From Paraspadella gotoi (Eukaryota > Animalia > Chaetognatha), in assembly GCA_051294375.1 (NCBI GenBank), contig CM119270.1:13531323-13548811 (forward strand): a DNA stretch of 17,489 bases, read 5' to 3'. Below the pieces are notes generated by a model. That model ran no database searches, had not been told where the DNA came from, and saw nothing but the letters and a program-made list of their open reading frames with translations. This document shows, piece after piece, positions 10,084 through 17,489 of this stretch; positions within the stretch are counted from its first letter, which is position 1, and every line of letters starts with the position of its first letter. A program made the translations under genes and the position numbers.

Positions 10084-10350
10084 ATCGTTTCGTCGCCAAA
10101 GCGTTGGGCGGCGTTTTCCCGTCCTCAACCCATAATCGTGACCCCGACCCATAACGATGACCCAAACTCATACATGACCCAAATTCCAAAACAGGAGCAA
10201 ACTGAAAATCATCCCCAAACCCGAACCTATAAATCAAGGGGCGAGACGATGAAAAGTCAGTTCCATATAATAATATGTTCATATTGTTATAATTTCGAAA
10301 TCATGACCAAGCCACATAACTTCGACCCAAACTTAGAAAAATGACCCCGA
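10084..10350. repeat. Degenerate (TAACCC/TGACCC)-like array with an ~18-19 bp higher-order unit; possible non-autonomous element remnant
   Basis: ACCCATAATCGTGACCCCG (10128), ACCCATAACGATGACCCAA (10147), ACTCATACATGACCCAA (10166) and further copies at 10300-10350. Imperfect inverted ends ATCGTTTCGTCGCC (10084) and GGCGAGACGAT (10240). Confidence 0.5.
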
Positions 10351-11409
10351 TTAGAAAGAGCGTATTGGTTGTAATACGAAAATTTTATACTGAATAATTT
10401 TCGTCACATCTTTTACATTATATTACATACTTGAAACTACGAAAACAAAAAAAGACTAGTAAAGCAGCGAGTGTTCACAAACTTTTTTCAAAAACCATTT
10501 TAAAAAATGACTCACATTTTTCGCACCTTCGCTTTTTTCTAATTTTAATCAATCTCCTCCATTTTATTCATTTCACTGTCGACATTCGTCTAAGCGTGAA
10601 AGGTTCCAGGAGGGAAATACCAATTCTATCCCGGCCTTTTTAATTTTTTTTTCCTTTTTAGCAGTTTTTATTCAGCAAAGTACAGATGGTTTTTTATTCC
10701 TTTCTTTGAATGAATAGCAGCTGTAACACCCAGCGAGCGTGGCACCGTGGCCGCGTGGCACTACCTCCATTCAAAAAATAAAAAAAAAATTGCATGAATG
10801 ATATCTGGTGGTTTTATGGGCGAAGCACTCGTGACTTTGAAAATGGGATGGAGAAAAGTCGAGATGGAAGATGGAACTGGGATAATGGAACGTGGGAACG
10901 AAGCCAGAGACGTCAAAAGCAGATGGAACCGGCGCCAGGAAAATGAGAAACATCAGCGGCGCCGGATTCATTCATTTCTCGCTCCTTTCTCCTTTTCTCA
11001 CTCGTGAGTCGTGAATCGTGAGATGAAAGTTTCTCTCTCGGGTTTTTTTTTCCTTCTTCGCAAGCGGAATGACATCTTTTTATGACTTTTTACGGTTACG
11101 GTTATCAGTGTTTTAAGCTTTTTCTGGTCGGTATCTAACTTCGGAAAAGTATGACGATCATTTCATTCAATTGCTCGGTCATAAAGATTTCGGATATTTT
11201 CTATAAAAATTTGTTTACAAAGTAAAAACTTTGATTTTTTTTTTGGTGTGAAAAAAAAAATAAACAAAATTCCAAATGAATAGTCAAACCACGAAAATAG
11301 AAGTTTTCCACACAAATTAAATAAATGACAGGCACTCAGATAATCTGACACTCTCTTCTTTTGATAACTTATCAAACCTTTACATCAACCAACTCAGAAA
11401 TATACTCAC

Positions 11410-11426
11410 CTTTGTGTCGGATCCAT
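11410..11426 (-). CDS. Putative first coding segment (MDPTQ + AG) in a 43-nt exon spanning 11452-11410
   Basis: Minus strand: long T-rich tract ...TATTCTCTCGTATTTTCTGTAG|CACTCTCTCTCTCGCTGTCTGCGGCGATGGATCCGACACAAAG|GTGAGTAT. Consensus acceptor, consensus AAG|GTGAGT donor, and an ATG in strong context (GCGATGG). Confidence 0.55.
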
Positions 11427-11623
11427 CGCCGCAGACAGCGAGAGAGAGAGTGCTACAGAAAATACGAGAGAATATAAAAAAAATTGTAAATACGTGACTT
11501 TTTTAATATATTTTTTTTCTCACATTATGCGTGAATATTTTCTTTTTCTTTCTTTTCTTTTTTTTCATGAGATTCGCGCGACTCGAAGGCAGAGGAAGGA
11601 ATGGAGTCGTGGAAGGAAAGACG

Positions 11624-11666
11624 CGAGGAGGAGGAGAAGGAGAAGGAGGAGGAGGAGGAGGAGGGG
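11624..11666. repeat. (GAG/GAA)n trinucleotide repeat
   Basis: Read directly. Confidence 0.9.
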
Positions 11667-11847
11667 AGACTGGGAGTGGAAGAAGGTTTCGATGAGAAAC
11701 AAAGGAATGTGAGACGACACCATTGACGAAGGAGCAAATGGAGGATGGGGAAAATTAAGAATAAGAAAATCTTGTAATTTGTAGGCGGAAGTAGAATAAA
11801 GATGGATAAGAATTCTTGGAAAAGTTGGGGGGAAAAGATATATTAAA

Positions 11848-11850
<3 letters not shown>

Positions 11851-11898
<48 letters not shown>
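11851..11898. repeat. (GAAA)12 microsatellite
   Basis: Read directly. Confidence 0.97.
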
Positions 11899-11900
<2 letters not shown>

Positions 11901-12198
11901 GAATAAAGTTTAAAAAAGCGAAAGAAAGATAAAAGAGAGCGAGAAAATACTCGATATGGATAAAAGGAAGTAATAAGCTCCAAAGAAATAAACTGGGAAA
12001 CTAAAGAAAAAAAAAATTGAAGAATTTAAAGAAGAAGAAAAAAAAAAGAAAAGAAAAAAAAAGGAAGAAATTAAAAGAAAATGGTGAGGAAAGCAAAAGG
12101 TGATTAGATTAGAGGAAAGTTAAAATCCCCCCGCCCTCTCGAAGCCACGAGTCCCGATTAAAAGGAAATAGACGCAGTTCGGGGAATCGGAGAAACTG

Positions 12199-12270
12199 GA
12201 ATCCGAATTAGAATCCGAATTAGAATCGGAATTTGAATCGTAGAATCGGAATAATTAAAATCAGAATCGG
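12199..12270 (+). repeat. 12-bp tandem repeat GAATCCGAATTA (6-bp GAATNN sub-period), decaying to the right
   Basis: Units at 12199, 12211 and 12223, with partial units at 12235 and 12243. Confidence 0.85.
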
Positions 12271-12837
12271 GGGAAAATTAAATTTTGAAATGGAGTTTAA
12301 GTAGAAGATTAATACCAATTTCAAGTTTCGGAAGTATTATATCATTTAGCGTGAGTGCATATTGATAAAATATTAATTTCGGGAGACTACTGCATAATTC
12401 TTAAACTGTCTAAAAGAATTTATTATAACACGAATGTTTGTATCCTAAGATAAAAGAAATGTAAACAAATAAACAAAAAAATTTACATTGAAAATTTGGT
12501 GAAAAAGGAAAATTTAAGATGGTAAGAAGAGATATCAAGTCTCCAGTATCAGGATTCATTAATTAAAAAAGTAAAAAAATTAAACCAAAAAAAAAAAATT
12601 GAAAGGATGAAATTAAAGCGACAACTGGAAAATGCAATTAGCGAGTGAAAGTGACAAAGAAATTCCACTGATTAAAACGTAATGAAGAAGATGATAAAAG
12701 AGCCGCAAAAGAAAAGGGAGGAAAAATGAGAAGTTGGAATGAAAAAAAAAAGAGAGAAAAAGAAAAGGAAAGAAAGAAAATGAGAATAAGTTGGGAGAGA
12801 GAATCAAAAGAAATGCATGGAAGAAGAGGGAATAAAA

Positions 12838-12887
12838 GGAGGAAGAGGAGGAGGAGGAGGATGAGGGACGACGACGACGACGACGAC
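12838..12887. repeat. Compound (GAG)n(GAC)n microsatellite
   Basis: Read directly. Confidence 0.9.
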
Positions 12888-13566
12888 CCTGGCACGAGCC
12901 AACACCAGTTTCTAGACTTTCTACTATGGGGTCAGAAAATCACACGAGTGCGTTTATCTCGAACACGAATTTACGACTTTTTATGTTTTCTGTTGTTTTT
13001 TGTTGTTTTTTTTTTCAAGTTTTTTCTACGACCGATACTATTTTAATGTTTGTTGTATTTTACACATGAGATGTAATGAACAACACATGACCTAACACTG
13101 AAATACTACCGCTACAGCGCAGCATTTCTAATCCAAAGTCGCGCAAGTTCTGACAACGAGTCAGGGAGTTTATGATATTTTTAGGAGTTGCCTTTTTTGG
13201 CAATGTTTTCTCCTTTTCTCCTTTTTGCTGCTTTTTTATGTTGGTAGAAAATGTTTTTATTGACGTTTGCCAGTTTTGGCAAGTTTTCCCTTTTTCCAGT
13301 CTTTTTTTTTCATTTTCACCGTGTTTTTGTTTTCAATTTGGTGATGTTTTGGTTTTTATACTCGAATTTTATGCTTTATGCTTTCTGCCTTTCTGCTTTG
13401 TGCTCTTTGATGCATTGAGTGTTTCCCTCCGCCTTATTTTTAAGCGACGGTTGTTTCAGTGAAAAGTAAACGGGTGAAAAATCGTCGCAAATGCTCCAAA
13501 ATATCCGCCGGAAATGCAGTCAAGAAACGATTAAGAGAACTCATGACTCGGATTTTTTTTCGTTTT

Positions 13567-13569
13567 CTT

Positions 13570-13617
<48 letters not shown>

Positions 13618-13629
13618 TGGTTCTTTGGT

Positions 13630-13685
<56 letters not shown>

Positions 13686-13698
13686 TCCTTCCTTCCTT
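13567..13698. repeat. (CTTT)n microsatellite with two GG interruptions, ending in (CCTT)n
   Basis: Read directly. Confidence 0.97.
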
Positions 13699-13809
13699 CG
13701 TTCTCTCTTTCGGTTTTTCTTTTTTTTCTTTCTCTCTCTTATTATTTAAATTTCTTCTTTTTTCTTATTTTTTAATTTATTTTTGTATTTTTTTATTTCT
13801 TTCGATACT

Positions 13810-13845
13810 ACGACGACGACGACGACGACGAGAACGACGACGACT
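13810..13845. repeat. (ACG)n microsatellite; further (GAC)n runs at about 14128-14173
   Basis: Read directly. Confidence 0.9.
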
Positions 13846-14404
13846 ATAAAAAGAAGATTTTCGCTGATCCCAAAATATTCTCATCACGCAGTTAAAAGGG
13901 AAAAAAAAACAGAGTTATTGTCCCTCCGGTCGAGGAGCATAGGACAAAGCCGAGGACAACGCCCTCCGACGCCGAAGCAACGACGCCTAAACATCAAAAC
14001 ACAACCGTATCGACATCGACTACATCAGCATAAGCGGCCATTTGCTCAAAGTCTCAACCGCATCGATTATTAAACACGAACACGTTTCAAAATAATCGAC
14101 CAAAACAACGAAAACGTAAATCGCTGGGACGACGACGACCTTCTAGAACTTTAACGACGACGACGACGACGACCATGAAGACGGCAAAAACGACCCCGCG
14201 GGTATCGAGACACGGACTTAAGTTGATTGGATTTTCATCCATCCTCAAATTGTCCCCCCGTCGACCGGCGTCGGCTAGAGACGCCGGCCGACGCCGCCGC
14301 TTCGTCGGAAGTGAGGCGACCTTCGTCGTCCATTAAAGGGATTTGACGCCGGAGCGCACCGGCGACGCCGCGGTCACGCCTCGGCGCCTCGGCGGTCTTC
14401 GGGG

Positions 14405-14650
14405 CGTTGCGTTGCTCTTTCTGTTGTTGCTATTGATGGCGGAGACGTGTTGCTGCGGCTGCTGCGACTGCTGTGTTGATGCCGATGCTGTGATGCTGCG
14501 GCAGCTGTGTTGATTCGGCTGCTGTTTTGCTGCTGCTGCTGTCTTTCTTTGTCCGCTGTGTTTCTGCGTCTGCTGTGTTGTCTGCTGTGTTGTTCTTTGT
14601 AGTTCCGGCAACTGTGTTGCTGTGATGCAGCGGCTGCTGTGGACTGTGAG
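14405..14650 (-). repeat. CAG/ACACAGCAG-rich cryptic repeat (5'UTR-like or degraded poly-Q)
   Basis: The plus strand has recurrent CTGCTGTGTTG/CTGTGATGC units; all three minus-strand frames give Q/T/A/S-rich low-complexity peptides. Confidence 0.65.
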
Positions 14651-16012
14651 GTTTTTTTTCGAATGAATTCGATTGTCAACGTTAAGGTTTTTTTTTTTTG
14701 TCTCGTATCGGCAGTCGTCGTGATTTTCTTTCCTTTTTTTTTTTATGTCAACACGATTTCTGTCGGCTCGATATTTTCGTGGACGACGCTGTCACAATCT
14801 CGTCACTTTTGTCACAACTTTTGGTCCAAGAAAATGTTTTTTTTGGGGGGGAATAAGAATGGATTTTTTTTTTCTATTGTCGGTTGGTGAAAGAGAAATG
14901 GGAAATAAATTTGGGGAAAGAAAAGTTTTGGAGAAAAATATTTGACTAATTCCGTCGTGATTATTATGTTTATAGGTAATATGTTTATCATAAGTGTATA
15001 CTATGTTTAAATATATTGTATAATAATATTAAAAATAGAAATTCTATGGTTTTTCTCTCTCTTTTCCGTCATCATCATCCTTTCCAGTACGACTGACCCA
15101 ACGGATAACCCACCTTCCAGCCACTTCGTTATCTTCCCTTTTTCCTTTCACGTCGTTATCATCGTTATAACTCACCTTTCCCTCACCCTCCTGCTCCTGC
15201 TCCTCCTCTTCCTCCTTCTCCTCCTCCTCCTCCGACATTATCTTCCTCCTTTTTTTCGACTTAGCCTCCATAATTCGCTCGTACCCGTCGTCTTCTCTTC
15301 CACAAAGCCCGGTTCCTTTTTCCCCGATATTTTCGATGGCGGCGCCCTCTGCCTTTTCATCCCATCCTTCATTCCCAAACAAAAGACGAGCGGAGAGGAA
15401 GAGAGAGATGGAGCTCTTCTACAAATACCTTCAACCTTTTTTTTTTAACTGCTCCCTCGAGCTCGAAAGGATTTTTTGGGGTTTCGGGATATTAGATTTG
15501 GGTTGCCCAGAGCCGCCGGAAGGATTCCGTTCAAATTCCTTTTTATGGCGTCACGAGTTTGTTGGGGGGGATTATATTTTGGCTTCATGATATGTAACGT
15601 GTATACTAGTTGGTTTATACTTTAATAATATCGATTGAAGTAAGGATAAACGAATTTTACCGAACCATCGTCGCGCGGAGACTAATCGGTTAACCGTTAT
15701 AAAAAGAGACTAAGACTGAAACTTGTTAAATTTCTCTGGCACAAATTTCAGTGAAAAAGCCATGAGTTTAACAATTTTTTAAAACCTAATATAAAGAAAC
15801 AAACTCTTACAAAGGATGTCATACGAAACTGCCTTCCAGAACAAGTCGCCCTCCAGTTTTATTATTCTCAAAATTGAAAAGAGGGACGACGATAACAGAC
15901 CCAACGGCCACACAGCAACAACAACAACAACAGAGATCCTCCCCCCTATCCTTTCCACTCTCCCCTCCCCCTTCGGCCTTTGAAAGAGCGACTCATCCGT
16001 CACCGTCGGTGG

Positions 16013-16080
16013 GCGCGTCGGCAAGCGCGTCGGCAAGCGCGTCGGCTCGTCGGGCGGGCGCGTCGGCAAGCGCGTCGGCG
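16013..16080 (+). repeat. 12-bp GC-rich tandem repeat GCGCGTCGGCAA (5 units plus a 9-bp interruption)
   Basis: Units at 16013, 16025, 16037, 16058 and 16070. Confidence 0.9.
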
Positions 16081-16175
16081 TACCGGAAGACGATCCCCGG
16101 GTCCGCAATCATTTCCTCCTCCTGACGCCAGGGGAGCGCGTGATGGATGACATCCCGTCTCTCTCTCTCTCTCTC

Positions 16176-16748
16176 NNNNNNNNNNNNNNNNNNNNNNNNN
16201 NNNNNNNNNNNNNNNNNNNNNNNNNNNNNNNNNNNNNNNNNNNNNNNNNNNNNNNNNNNNNNNNNNNNNNNNNNNNNNNNNNNNNNNNNNNNNNNNNNNN
16301 NNNNNNNNNNNNNNNNNNNNNNNNNNNNNNNNNNNNNNNNNNNNNNNNNNNNNNNNNNNNNNNNNNNNNNNNNNNNNNNNNNNNNNNNNNNNNNNNNNNN
16401 NNNNNNNNNNNNNNNNNNNNNNNNNNNNNNNNNNNNNNNNNNNNNNNNNNNNNNNNNNNNNNNNNNNNNNNNNNNNNNNNNNNNNNNNNNNNNNNNNNNN
16501 NNNNNNNNNNNNNNNNNNNNNNNNNNNNNNNNNNNNNNNNNNNNNNNNNNNNNNNNNNNNNNNNNNNNNNNNNNNNNNNNNNNNNNNNNNNNNNNNNNNN
16601 NNNNNNNNNNNNNNNNNNNNNNNNNNNNNNNNNNNNNNNNNNNNNNNNNNNNNNNNNNNNNNNNNNNNNNNNNNNNNNNNNNNNNNNNNNNNNNNNNNNN
16701 NNNNNNNNNNNNNNNNNNNNNNNNNNNNNNNNNNNNNNNNNNNNNNNN
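16176..16748. other. Assembly gap (573 N) starting inside a (TC)n microsatellite at 16158-16175
   Basis: Read directly. Confidence 0.99.
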
Positions 16749-16875
16749 CCCTTTCCCCTCACATCTCTCTCCTTTTACCACCCCCCTCTTTTCCTCGCTT
16801 CAACTTCCTGTCTTCCAAACACGAAATTGACGCTCGTTCGTTTCGGGATTCGGCGTCGCGCTTTGGTTAACTAAT

Positions 16876-16955
16876 GGCGCCTAAACGGCACCCAAAAGGC
16901 GCCCAAAAGGCGCCCAGAAAGCGTGGAAAAGACGCCCACGAGGCGACCAAAAGGC
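16876..16955 (+). repeat. 11-bp degenerate tandem repeat GGCGCCCAAAA
   Basis: ggcgcctaaac ggcacccaaaa ggcgcccaaaa ggcgcccagaa agcgtggaaaa gacgcccacga ggcgaccaaaa. Confidence 0.8.
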
Positions 16956-17489
16956 TTCCGAATGAAAATTACTTTTGGAGTCTTTAAAAAAAGGTTGCTT
17001 CATGCTACATTGCTCCAATTGCTACACGTTACTTGCCCAGGGACTTTTTTCACTTTCAAATCTATTAGTAAATATACTGAATATTTAAATATTTTAATGT
17101 TAAAAAAGGGAATTAAACGTAACCCAAAAAAAAAAATCATTATCGACCCTCGTAGACGAAGTCAAACTCAATTGACATTCGCGGATCAATGATGAGGAGA
17201 TTCTTTCGCAACGACAACATGAAGTTGCTCGTCGATGCGATTCACACGGCGCACGTTGACGCTTTCGCCTTTATCCGCAGAACAGACTCTCCTCGCGCGC
17301 CACTCGCTAAAATATTTTGGTCTCGGGCTTCTCACGCCAAAAAAAGCATCGCGCGCCACGGGCCTCTCACGCCAAACTACTTTCTTTCGCCACTCTCGAA
17401 ATCCCCTCACGGTCTCAGTTCATCCCTTGTCGCTTTCCAATTCAAATCAGTCGCCTTAAAACAAACCAAGACCCTAAGAGTTTTTCTTC

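Noticed and set aside
15364-15410. Faint similarity to the PacBio SMRTbell adapter (...GGAGAGGAAGAGAGAGAT)
   Set aside because: Low-complexity match only, and the flanks are not inverted copies of each other.
15993-16874. ORFs of 217-262 aa in the track
   Set aside because: Mostly X residues from the 573-N gap.
12199-16955. Short tandem repeats as CRISPR-like arrays
   Set aside because: Units are 11-12 bp and contiguous with no unique spacers; the context is eukaryotic and no cas genes are present.
16874-16987. MAPKRHPKGAQKAPRKRGKD... resembling a histone H2B tail
   Set aside because: Produced by the 11-bp GGCGCCCAAAA repeat; it stops after 37 codons and no histone fold (YIYKVLKQVHPD) follows.
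2530-17336. Four YGTGRGAA (CSL/Su(H)) sites at 2530, 10891, 11517 and 17329 as evidence of a Notch target gene
   Set aside because: About two are expected by chance in 17 kb; they are dispersed and none forms a paired head-to-head site.

Overview
Eukaryotic draft-assembly sequence, probably invertebrate (CpG is not depleted; abundant (CT)n, (GAC)n and (GAAA)n microsatellites). It contains two N gaps and no recognisable prokaryotic, RNA-gene, CRISPR or transposase features. Almost all ORFs in the supplied track are by-products of simple repeats. The dominant structure is an internal duplication: 1-740 is a noisy copy of about 5650-6370, and 790-1346 is a clean copy of an insertion-riddled segment at about 8170-8920, with a third fragment near 7005-7095. 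Together with the exactly 25-N gap at 1347-1371, this looks like long-read gap-filling or contig misplacement rather than biology. Underneath there is modest evidence for a spliced minus-strand gene of unknown product: a 43-nt exon with an ATG (11452-11410), a frame-compatible acceptor at 9606, an acceptor at about 8960, and a 188-codon open frame in the clean copy (1344-778). Other notable items are an enhancer-like motif cluster at 2510-2870, a possible 2-nt microexon inside it, and several minisatellites. I do not see convincing evidence for a novel biological system.
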